IMG/VR virus record: IMGVR_UViG_3300033407_000038
Span: 1 to 44,154 of that record
Reading direction: 5' to 3' (one strand)
DNA from: a virus
Taxonomy: Duplodnaviria > Caudoviricetes
DNA length: 44,154 nt
Positions 24,447-33,500 of this stretch are shown here, in pieces; the first letter of the stretch is position 1; each line of letters opens with the position of its first letter. A program made the position numbers and the translations under genes. Below the pieces are notes generated by a model. It was not told where the DNA came from. It saw only the letters and a list, made by a program, of their open reading frames with translations, and did no database searches.

Positions 24447-24724
24447 CTTTCACCAATTACTCGAGGAAAGATAGCCTCTAACCAAAGAGCAACAGTTAAG
24501 AATTGCCCCACGCCTCTTACTTCCTGGGGGAATTGATCGCTAAAAAACAACTCAGTCATGAACATAGCCCCAGCCCACTCTGTAGCCTCGCTTAATGCCT
24601 CTCTACCCAGGATAGCCAGGGGCGGTATACCCCTACCCTCTCTATAGCTTCTAAACATCAAACTACCAGCCCCGTAGACCCCACCAATCATTCCCATGCC
24701 GATTATGTTCTCAGGGTTAGCCAT
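24443..24724 (-). CDS. Putative membrane protein
   Basis: Hydrophobic Gly-rich segments. Confidence 0.6.
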   Translation of the reverse strand: MANPENIIGMGMIGGVYGAGSLMFRSYREGRGIPPLAILGREALSEATEWAGAMFMTELFFSDQFPQEVRGVGQFLTVALWLEAIFPRVIGER

Positions 24725-25601
24725 TTCTCATCCTTTCATTGGCTCTAACTATATCAAGGTCGGTTTCTACAGCGTGTTCACTCATGGATAGGTGTAGGGC
24801 AACCCCAAACATTTCTAAAGACTTCTGGCTACCCCAACCCTTTTTAGCCAGCCAGCCATCTGTAGCTTTGTATGGTCCAAGTGCGATGTAAGTTACTTCC
24901 TGGGGCATACCCAGCTCATGAGTAAAAGAGGTTGATACCCCTTTCTGGTGGTTGTGTCCTGAGAATATTACATCAGATCCGTGCATTGACCCAAACCTAG
25001 CGGCTCTCATTTGGGGATGTGTTTTGTTGTAGATAGAGTGTCCTGGTAATTGGTGCGCTCCTGATACGTTGTACTTTTGTTTGCCTACTAACATCTCAAA
25101 GTAGGTCGGTCCTGTACTAACCGATATCCCCTGATTTCTTATCTCTCCATAGATATCATAACCAGCTTTTTGAAGCCACCCCTCATGGTCGCCCATAATA
25201 GCGTGGAGTAACTTACCATAATCCATCATGTGCTTGAAAACTGAGCGGGCAAAGCCTATTTGTTGTGGAGTCTGCTCCATCTGCTCAAACTGACCTGGGT
25301 TCCAGTTCATGTTGTCGATAACATCCCCAGCCAGAATAACAAATGAATTAGCGGTCGCTGTAATAGCGTTTATCTCATCCTCTATCCGCTTGTACTCGGT
25401 AGTGGAGTGACCCACATGCCAGTCTGATATTAAATTAAGAAGTGCGGGAGTAGTAAACTGAAACTTAAATCTATCCTGGGGTTTTCTTACTTCATTCTGT
25501 CGTCTCTGAAAGCGTTTCGACCAGTCCTTATAAGTCCTCTCTCTACGGGGAGGAGTTTTTCTTACAAAGTCTTTCCAGCCATCATTCTCCAACTTCCTCA
25601 T
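24717..25601 (-). CDS. Calcineurin-like metallophosphoesterase
   Basis: SDWHVG, GDVID, GDHE, GAH, SGHNH. Confidence 0.88.
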   Translation of the reverse strand: MRKLENDGWKDFVRKTPPRRERTYKDWSKRFQRRQNEVRKPQDRFKFQFTTPALLNLISDWHVGHSTTEYKRIEDEINAITATANSFVILAGDVIDNMNWNPGQFEQMEQTPQQIGFARSVFKHMMDYGKLLHAIMGDHEGWLQKAGYDIYGEIRNQGISVSTGPTYFEMLVGKQKYNVSGAHQLPGHSIYNKTHPQMRAARFGSMHGSDVIFSGHNHQKGVSTSFTHELGMPQEVTYIALGPYKATDGWLAKKGWGSQKSLEMFGVALHLSMSEHAVETDLDIVRANERMRNG

Positions 25602-25748
25602 TTTGAGCCTCCGAGTATTTTACTAATAACCATTCCAAATAGTCCATATCAGTTTTACTCTCCTCCCACTCTTTAATCTCCTCTAATTCCTTTTCCCAGC
25701 GTATCTGCCATTTACTTTTCTCGGGGTTCATAAACCCACCAATCCTTT

Positions 25749-25940
25749 TTATTCACCCGAGGGCTGTATATCAAGCCCCAAAGCACGCCCCAATCTATCT
25801 CCATCTTTTTCCCCCACCTCGGGGAAAGTTGACAACCATGAGTAGAAAGTTAGTGCATCGGTAATAATACCCTCTTGCACTAACCTAGAGTATTCCTTTT
25901 GCATTTCTATCAGGTAGTCAACCCGTTCTTTGTTCATCAC
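25749..25940 (-). CDS. Hypothetical protein
   Basis: Coupled ORF. Confidence 0.55.
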   Translation of the reverse strand: MMNKERVDYLIEMQKEYSRLVQEGIITDALTFYSWLSTFPEVGEKDGDRLGRALGLDIQPSGE

Positions 25941-26068
25941 TTATCAAGCCAAAGCATTACAATTCCGATTAAAGCTAGAACTGCCGCTACAATATCTCCA
26001 GCAGGAACACCCAAAATAGGTGCTACTAAGCTGATTGCTATAGCTGTCCATAAAAGTTTCAAACCCAT
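25937..26068 (-). CDS. 43-aa two-TM membrane peptide (not in the ORF track)
   Basis: MGLKLLWTAIAISLVAPILGVPAGDIVAAVLALIGIVMLWLDK; AGGTGGTGA upstream. Confidence 0.6.
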   Translation of the reverse strand: MGLKLLWTAIAISLVAPILGVPAGDIVAAVLALIGIVMLWLDK

Positions 26069-26084
26069 ATCAATTCACCACCTT

Positions 26085-26387
26085 TTAATTTATTTTAGTA
26101 CCTTCTACAAATTTATTCTCACTTGTGAATTTAGTTATCAGGTCTGTGGATGTATTGATTACATACAGTGCGATAGCTCCTGTAATGGCTGGAGTAGGCC
26201 ACAACATCCACGAATGGAACTCATTATTGTTTAATGAGATAACAGCCGATACAGACCCCAAATAAATCGTTAGAAGTGGTAAAAAGAATTTAGCGGTATT
26301 TGCTAACCACTTAACTGTTTTTTGCTTGTTAAGAGTATTGGGTGGCGAAGTTGTCACCTTCTCCATTTTTGTTGTGTCGTCACTCAT
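26085..26387 (-). CDS. Putative holin (two TM helices); probable start 26387
   Basis: Directly after the endolysin; hydrophobic segments; GGAGG before MSDD. Confidence 0.55.
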   Translation of the reverse strand: MSDDTTKMEKVTTSPPNTLNKQKTVKWLANTAKFFLPLLTIYLGSVSAVISLNNNEFHSWMLWPTPAITGAIALYVINTSTDLITKFTSENKFVEGTKIN

Positions 26388-26388
26388 A

Positions 26389-27276
26389 CTACCTCCCAAT
26401 TAACCACTGAAACTTCTGCCACATGGACATACCCTCAGTGGGGTCTTTTAATTTTAACTGTTCTTTTAGACTAGTGTTCTCAGCCTCCAAAACAGCCAAC
26501 TGCTTGAGTAAAGGCTCACTTGCCAGCTTACAATCACCAAGCTCATTAGTTGCCTCCCGAAGTTGTGCCACCAACTCTGCGTTATCGTTTTCAAGTTGTG
26601 TGACCTTGCTCGAGAAAATGGCATTGTCCTGAGTAAGTGTTGCGTTGCTTTTAGACAAGCTTTCAATCTTGCTAGACTGCTCTGCAATCGTGTCCTGGGG
26701 GTTATTGTCATAAGTTGCCAATATCTGGCCTTTGTGTACTAATTGAAACCCCTCCTCCTGTTGGGGTGGCACGTAACTTGCCCATTTAATAATGAAAGGA
26801 ATCGGATCTTCCCACCAATCGTTTAACTGAGCGGTGGTTTTAGCAATGGTATCTAGTTTTTGAGGTAGGGTAGCAGGGTCAACCTTAAAGATAGAAAAGT
26901 GTAGGTGTGCAAACCACGTTCCCGACTTGCCTATCTCGGATAGCTTCTCACCCTCTGGGAAATGGGATTTATCTTTTATAGGGGAATCGGTTTTAACATG
27001 AGTACAATGCACCCACCTAACACCCCAAGCACCTGTTATTTTATAAGCAAAGTGTATTCCAAAACCTGTAGTGGGATGGGTATTGAAGTGATAGTATTCC
27101 TTATCCCCCTCAGCTATAGCATAGATGGGTTGACCCAGGTCGGTGTCGCCACCAGTCTTAATGTTAATATCGGCTCCCTCGTGAAACCCGTAGGTAGTAG
27201 GATTGCCAAAGCCTTGAGCTATGTACCAATACTTCTCGAAGTCCTCTTTAGTGCCTGTGCCTACTGGAAATCTCAT
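26389..27276 (-). CDS. M23-family peptidase endolysin with C-terminal coiled coil
   Basis: HEGAD (HxxxD), PIYAIAEG, IGKSG, HLHF (HxH), DP. Confidence 0.88.
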   Translation of the reverse strand: MRFPVGTGTKEDFEKYWYIAQGFGNPTTYGFHEGADINIKTGGDTDLGQPIYAIAEGDKEYYHFNTHPTTGFGIHFAYKITGAWGVRWVHCTHVKTDSPIKDKSHFPEGEKLSEIGKSGTWFAHLHFSIFKVDPATLPQKLDTIAKTTAQLNDWWEDPIPFIIKWASYVPPQQEEGFQLVHKGQILATYDNNPQDTIAEQSSKIESLSKSNATLTQDNAIFSSKVTQLENDNAELVAQLREATNELGDCKLASEPLLKQLAVLEAENTSLKEQLKLKDPTEGMSMWQKFQWLIGR

Positions 27277-27353
27277 TCCTGACTCCTTTTAACTACCCAT
27301 ACAAAAAGTATGATTAGTGATATTATTATAACCTTTATTGCTGTTTCAGTCAT
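27273..27353 (-). CDS. 26-aa single-TM micropeptide
   Basis: MTETAIKVIIISLIILFVWVVKRSQE; ATGA overlap with the endolysin start. Confidence 0.5.
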   Translation of the reverse strand: MTETAIKVIIISLIILFVWVVKRSQE

Positions 27354-27429
27354 TTCTACCACTCATAACCCACACATAAAGTAGGACTAAACTAATAATT
27401 AGTATTATAAACTTCTCGAATTCCGACAT
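27346..27429 (-). CDS. 27-aa single-TM micropeptide
   Basis: MSEFEKFIILIISLVLLYVWVMSGRND; similar to its neighbour. Confidence 0.5.
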   Translation of the reverse strand: MSEFEKFIILIISLVLLYVWVMSGRND

Positions 27430-27432
27430 AGT

Positions 27433-27636
27433 TCATGCTTTACCTGTAATTTTTTGCCAAGCCCAAGTAAATATTGCAGAGGCTACAAAAGTGACAACTG
27501 ACATGATACCCAAAGCCTTCCCTCTAAAATCCTCTAATATGTCTACCCGACTTTCAACCTTTTGCATCCTAGCATCAATCTTATCTTCAACTCTTTGGAC
27601 TACTTGGTAGATATCTTTCAGCGTCACGTTGCTCAT
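27433..27636 (-). CDS. Coiled coil plus C-terminal TM protein (XhlA/holin-like)
   Basis: Heptad N-terminus and one TM helix, in the lysis cluster. Confidence 0.65.
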   Translation of the reverse strand: MSNVTLKDIYQVVQRVEDKIDARMQKVESRVDILEDFRGKALGIMSVVTFVASAIFTWAWQKITGKA

Positions 27637-27806
27637 CGGTGTATAAAGTAATTTATTATTGTACCTAAAACCTCAACCGATATAATTATAAAAACAAAGT
27701 GCTTAAATTGTTTTGCCACTATTATGTCATTCTCGGTTTTGGCATCCATCTTACCCTCTAGGATAAGGACTTTCTCCCACAATTCTTTTAGGCTAATTCT
27801 TTTCAT
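27633..27806 (-). CDS. 57-aa coiled coil plus TM protein, similar to 27433..27636 (not in the ORF track)
   Basis: MKRISLKELWEKVLILEGKMDA...FVFIIISVEVLGTIINYFIHR; ATGA overlap. Confidence 0.55.
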   Translation of the reverse strand: MKRISLKELWEKVLILEGKMDAKTENDIIVAKQFKHFVFIIISVEVLGTIINYFIHR

Positions 27807-27996
27807 TTTTACCCTCCCTTACTCCCTCGGCTCTACTAATAATCTTTTCTGATTGTAACAGTTGGTCTAGTCTTGAGTTTAGGGATAGGTGGACTTCTCG
27901 AACATCCTTTTTTATGCTTTTGAAAGCTACATAAGCCGTCAGTGTAGGTGGGATTGCAGCAATTATGGCAGCGATTATAATTGTGTCGTTATTCAT
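27793..27996 (-). CDS. N-terminal TM small protein (holin-like); probable start 27996
   Basis: IIIAAIIAAIPPTLTAYVAF...VHLSLNSRLDQL; leaderless promoter upstream. Confidence 0.65.
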   Translation of the reverse strand: MNNDTIIIAAIIAAIPPTLTAYVAFKSIKKDVREVHLSLNSRLDQLLQSEKIISRAEGVREGKNEKN

Positions 27997-28002
27997 AGTT
28001 AA

Positions 28003-28032
28003 ATTAAACCTTAAATTACTGTACATAGGCAA
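28003..28032 (-). promoter_or_regulatory. Putative promoter TTGCCT-N18-TTTAAT-N6-ATG for the lysis cluster
   Basis: Same spacing as the other TTGCCT sites, with a weaker -10. Confidence 0.45.
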
Positions 28033-30567
28033 TTAGAGGTTTATCGCTCTAAATTCAAGATCAAATCTACCCTTTCTCCTTCTTGCCGCATCCATGTCAC
28101 CAGCATAAAAGTCTATATTAAACATTCCTGGTTTGTCGTAGCGCAGGTGCATGGTGTCGTCTATTCTAAATATGCCATCTCCATAAGGGGTCTTAACGTC
28201 CTCAAAACCCTTAATTTTAACGTAGATAATTTTCCCTTTTTTTAACTCATCGTGGTACATTCTGTTACCAAAAGCTATCGAACCAGATTTAATTTTTCTG
28301 CCATAAGCTCCAGTCCCATCTGTTCCAGGTCTAGTTTCTGCTGGGTTTTTGGGATTGTAATAAGATCCTTCACCACCCCTGTATAGTATTTCTCCAAAAA
28401 TTACTTTCTCTCCCTCTATTCCAATCACCCTTTCGTACCATTCTGGGTCTTCCTCTCTTATTTTAGCGGCTACTTCCAGCCACCTATTTCTCTCCTCTTC
28501 ACTCCTAGCAGTACCCTTAACCCCATCACTAGCGAAAGCCTGTTTAATCTTAAATGGATTCTCTATTTTCAGGCTTTTTAGTTTTTTAATAATCTGATCC
28601 ATTACTTTCTTCTCTTCTTTGTACTCCTGGGTTTCTTTGCCCTTTTCATACTTAAATCCGTACTCTTCCAAAACACCGCTTTGGATTTCAGACTTTCCTT
28701 TTGTTATTAGATCGGACTTAGACTCCTCACTTAAACTTTCGTATTCTTTTGTACTGGTTACTTCACTTACCCATTCGTTATATCTTTTATTAAATGTTTC
28801 GTTTGCCTTTTCAAACTCTTTATTGCCCACCACCTCTTTGAATTGCAAAAGGGTTTTGCTGGTGCTTTTTTTCCAATTAGATTGTGGGGAGTAGGTATTA
28901 GTCCCGATTCCCAGTGCATCTGCCATCATAACTAAAAGTATATTGGCGTGATCTGTTTCTCTAAGGGTTTCAAAAGTGTTAGCAATCGGCAAGGGAATAA
29001 ATAGGTTCTTTAACACACTAAGGCTAGTTATTTCGTTTCCGTTGAAGTCCTCGCCTTTTAACAGGTCTTTTATAACTGCGGACACTGGTGCTAGTTTGTT
29101 TCCTAGAAAGTCCACTACAACATCAAAGCCCGTTTGAGAGAAAAAGTCCCCAGAGTTTAGTTTAGTTACCTTATTAGTAGTGCTACTTTTGGTAGATCTT
29201 GTTATTAGTCTAGTTACTAGGGTAACAATAGATGCCATCCCACCCGACACATCAAATCTGGTATTACCAACCTTTATTTTTCCAAAGTTAGCACTTCTTG
29301 GATCAGAATCAACACTATCATCATCAATAGCGTTGGCTATGGCTAGGATAGCGGCAGTCCCCATTATAACTCTCAAGGTGTTTATAGCAGACTGTTTTCT
29401 GGCAAATTTACTAAAGTCTTTATCTAAATAATGTAAAATCAGAGTGTCTATGTCGGCTTTCATCTTTCTTGGAGACCAGAATATACTGTTAAATGCGTCA
29501 GCCGCAGGTTCAGCTCTACCTAAGCTACCCCTACCTGTTAAAGAATTGACCATTTTACCAATGCTTCTTAGTTCTCTTTGATCTAGGTCTACTCCAGAAG
29601 CCTCAGCGATATTCAAATATAGATCGGCTATGTCTGCTCTCTGTTTATAAACAAAGGCAGTAAATGCGTTTTCACTAGCTTTGTAAAGTTTACTCACTAC
29701 AGGGATTTTCTCTGGAAAAGAAACGGGGAATTCTTCCTCAATAGTTCCCAAAGCTAACTGCATTTTCTTATATCTACCATTTATTGCATTTTGTCTTGAT
29801 ATCAAGTCGGCATTTAACTCATCCATAACTGTATCTTTGCCAAATGTATTCCAAATGTTTTTGAAAGATTGTTTAGCATTTCTAGTCCAAACTCTAGGAT
29901 GAGTCCAAAGGGTTTTCCATCCCTGTCTAAATATGGCGGAATTGTCCATTGAGGCTCTTATAGCTTTTGAACTACCCGCTATGGTTTTTATTGATCCAAC
30001 TGGGTCTTTTATGGCCTCTTTTAGGGTTTTTCTCTCCGCCAATAGTTTTAGATTTTTAACGTAGTTTGTTAGACCAATTTTAGCTCTACCATAAGACAGT
30101 CTCTCTTCAACCGTATTAAATGTTCCATCTTCCTTGGCTTTTAACCTTCTCTCTTGAATTATTTTTGACATATCGGCTAGATTCTTAGCCTCTGACTGGG
30201 TTACATCTACCCCTAGTCTGGTTGAAGCCAAGTCTCTGTAAAATTGGTCATCTTTGGGGTCTAGAACCTTCTCCAGTCTTTCAATCTTGGCAAAAATATC
30301 TCTCTTAACTTCTGGTTTTATGCCCAAAACCCTCTTTGCCCAGGTCTCCATGCCTTGTTGCTGGTTTTTAAGAAGCAGTTTACTTTCAAATAAAGCGTTG
30401 ACCTGCTTTGCGTTCTCTTCGCTTATGTACTTTGAAAAAAGATCTCTTCTGGCTTCACTGGTCATTTCAGCCAATTTCAAGGGGTGCATTTTTCCATTGT
30501 TATTTACACCATCTCTCAAGGCTATTCTAAACTTTCTTGCTTCTGATTTAACTAAACACCAGGCCAC
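28033..30567 (-). CDS. Internal virion/ejection protein with a C-terminal 3D / RlpA-like cell-wall hydrolase domain
   Basis: Large helical protein; C-terminus SYYNP...GTGAYG...GSIAFG...FRIDDT...IDFY. Confidence 0.7.
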   Translation of the reverse strand: MAWCLVKSEARKFRIALRDGVNNNGKMHPLKLAEMTSEARRDLFSKYISEENAKQVNALFESKLLLKNQQQGMETWAKRVLGIKPEVKRDIFAKIERLEKVLDPKDDQFYRDLASTRLGVDVTQSEAKNLADMSKIIQERRLKAKEDGTFNTVEERLSYGRAKIGLTNYVKNLKLLAERKTLKEAIKDPVGSIKTIAGSSKAIRASMDNSAIFRQGWKTLWTHPRVWTRNAKQSFKNIWNTFGKDTVMDELNADLISRQNAINGRYKKMQLALGTIEEEFPVSFPEKIPVVSKLYKASENAFTAFVYKQRADIADLYLNIAEASGVDLDQRELRSIGKMVNSLTGRGSLGRAEPAADAFNSIFWSPRKMKADIDTLILHYLDKDFSKFARKQSAINTLRVIMGTAAILAIANAIDDDSVDSDPRSANFGKIKVGNTRFDVSGGMASIVTLVTRLITRSTKSSTTNKVTKLNSGDFFSQTGFDVVVDFLGNKLAPVSAVIKDLLKGEDFNGNEITSLSVLKNLFIPLPIANTFETLRETDHANILLVMMADALGIGTNTYSPQSNWKKSTSKTLLQFKEVVGNKEFEKANETFNKRYNEWVSEVTSTKEYESLSEESKSDLITKGKSEIQSGVLEEYGFKYEKGKETQEYKEEKKVMDQIIKKLKSLKIENPFKIKQAFASDGVKGTARSEEERNRWLEVAAKIREEDPEWYERVIGIEGEKVIFGEILYRGGEGSYYNPKNPAETRPGTDGTGAYGRKIKSGSIAFGNRMYHDELKKGKIIYVKIKGFEDVKTPYGDGIFRIDDTMHLRYDKPGMFNIDFYAGDMDAARRRKGRFDLEFRAINL

Positions 30568-30585
30568 GATAACAACCTTTCTTTC

Positions 30586-33500
30586 TTAACATTCTATACT
30601 ATTTATAAAGTTACCCCACGCTCCCTTAGTAGGAGGTTTGACACTTCTTTTAATATTAGCGGTTTCTTCATCTATCAGTTTATCTATGGGCTTACCGCGT
30701 TTTCTTTCGATTGCGTCTTGTCTGGCTCTGGTTACTTCTCTAATTCTAACTATAGCTGAGTCAGGATCACGCTCTCCAAGAGTTCTAATTCTTTGACCCA
30801 TAGCAGTAGCTTCTGTGGTGAGTTCAGAGTTAGAAAGCTCTCTTAGCAAATTTACGTTTCCCTCTGCTAGCGCCTTGTCCTCAAGCGCTATCAAAACACT
30901 CTCGGGTAGTAATCCAGATGGGGGATTCACTTCTCCAAGCGATATCCGCCTAGCTTTATCCGCGTCTTTATTGACCAATTCGACTGCTCTTTTAGCCTGA
31001 TCTTTCATACTGACTCTTCGGTATTGTGGAAGGTCGCCAAAGTCTGCCGTTAGTTGTTTTTCTATTGCTTTTGCTTCTATGCCTATCGCTAGCTTGCTGG
31101 TTTTCTTCGCACCTCTTCCTACTGGCTTCAAAACCTTTTTAGCGCCTTGGACAATGTTTTTTATCTCGTTTATCTGAGTAGTACCCAAAGACGGTTTGTT
31201 TATTCCTTTTACCCCTTCTTTTATCTGTTCAAGAGACTCCCTTGCATTTCTTAGATCAGCTAAGGCGTTTTCCAGTTTATCAAGTTCTTTTATCACTTCT
31301 GGGGGCGCGGCTAATTTAGCTTGTTTCAAAACAGACTCTCTTTGGGCATAAGCCTTTTTATAATTACCAGATCCGCCGTCAAACCCGATAAGCTCATCTA
31401 TCTGTTTTTCCAGTTTTCCTATTTCACCTCTATATGGAGTTCTGCTAATTTTTTCTAGGTTTTTCTGACCAGACTGTATTTGTTCGAAAGTAGGCTTTGG
31501 TGTGGGAATGTCCTCATAAATACTTTTAGCGGCCTCTACGTCTCCAGATTTTAGGGCTTCGGATACTAGGATCATTTGCTCTCTGCTCTCTTTGGACATC
31601 GTTTTCAGGTCAAACCCTTGTTCTTCTGTGGTAACTTCCCCTACTCCCTTAGGTGGTTGGGTTTCAAACTGTTTCCCACTTGCCTTGAAATCAGGTGCTT
31701 CACCTTTAACCCTGGCTTTTATTTCAGGTGTTATTTCTATGCCTTGTTGAGTGGTTGTTTTTTGGGTAATGTCGAAGGACTCTAATGCCTCTACAGCATA
31801 ATATCGTTTCTGAGTCCCTGTAGTAATAGCTTTATACGTCCCATCTGCAACCAGGGCAGTTCCTACAGAATCTACTGAGCGTAACTTATCTTTCGGCAGT
31901 GCCTTAAACTTACCATCCCCAAGAACTTCGGTGATGATATATTCGCCAGCACCAGATCTATGAACCACAAGACCAACTTTTAGGTCGCCTTGAGATAAAA
32001 CTCCCCCAACGTCTCTCCCGCTTTGTTGAATAAATCTAGTTTGACCCTTCTCTATCGGCAAACCCAAGTCCAACACTTCCACCTTCCCACCAGTCAGATC
32101 TTTAACTATATTTGGGATCTGTTTGTCGTAAAGGTTACTTGCCCACTCACCACCAAACTTTAGTCCTTCGCCAGACAGAGTTCCGCTTTTCTTTTCCATT
32201 ATCTTGTCGGCTAGACCTTTTCCAAGGACTTCGTCTAGTTTTTTACCAATCCATGCTTCAGGAGTTCCTGCACCAGCAGTATAAATTGTGCCATCTTCTT
32301 TGGTTTGAAATTCAATAGTTCTACTACCTTCTTTTGGCTGAATTTTTACCACTCGGTTTGTTTTACTTCCAGTCCAGTCCACACTCTCAACCTGTGTAGC
32401 CAAGTTATACCTTGCGCTAGTCTGCTCTCCGTTTATCCAAGATAGGTATTTAGCGTCAGAGTTTACTGCTTCTTGTAAGGCACGTTTGATAGTTAGTTCT
32501 TGCCATTTTTTAAGAAGGGGATTGAAGGGGATTCCGCTAGTCAATTTTCTCTGTTCATCCCTAATCTGTCCTAACCTTTCGTCTAGTTTAGCTCTTTCCT
32601 GATCAGTTGCACCCTCTGCTTTTTGTAGGATTTGTTCCGCTTCTTTTTCCAGTTGCTGTATTTTTGTAGAATCACCAAACCCTTTCTTCCTACCTTCATT
32701 CATCCAGTCGCTCTGTATCTCCTCTACAAAAGCAACCTTTTTGTCTTTGTAGGTTCTCTCATTCATGCGGAGGTGGGAGATTACATTTGGATCGTCCCAG
32801 TGGGGGGATTTGAAGTTATTTCCATACGCTGTTTTATTTAAGTCGCTTACCTTATTCCATTCATCCATTTTTCCACTTTCCCATAGTTCCCTATGAGTTT
32901 TGCCATAAAGTTCTTTTGCAATTTTGTCTGCGTTTGCTTGTCGCGAAGCCCCCTCAAGTTTTGTCGGAGCCTTAATCAATATCTCTTTGTAGTTTTTTCC
33001 GCCAGGGAGTTGGAATTGGGAGTAGCGAGTTTGAGACACATTTTGTGTCGTACCAAAAACATCATTGGCCACAGTTTCAGCCCAACTTTCATCATTTGCT
33101 AGTTCGGGAAACTTTTTAGTCAATGCACGATAAGCATCTCCATCATTGTTGAGTGTCAGCCATAGGGCTTCATCTGCGTTGCCCTGCCATTCTTTTCCTA
33201 TCTTCAGCACTTCGGGTATTGCATACTTACTCTTAGTATTTACTTTGTCCAAGTTTTGTCCTAAAACACTCTCCTCCGTTCCCTTCAATTCAGGGGCAAA
33301 CTCTTTTACTTCTTTTGAGGTAGACTGTCCTTTTATGTTTTGGAATTGGCTTTTGGAAACGATATAAGTTTCCCCGTCTTGCAAGAGGATTTTATTACCC
33401 TTCATTTCATAAGGGGTTAAGACTTCACCATCGGGGATCTTTACCTTATTACCATAAACATCAGTAGCAGGTACATCTCGTTTTAGCTTAATGTCAGGGA

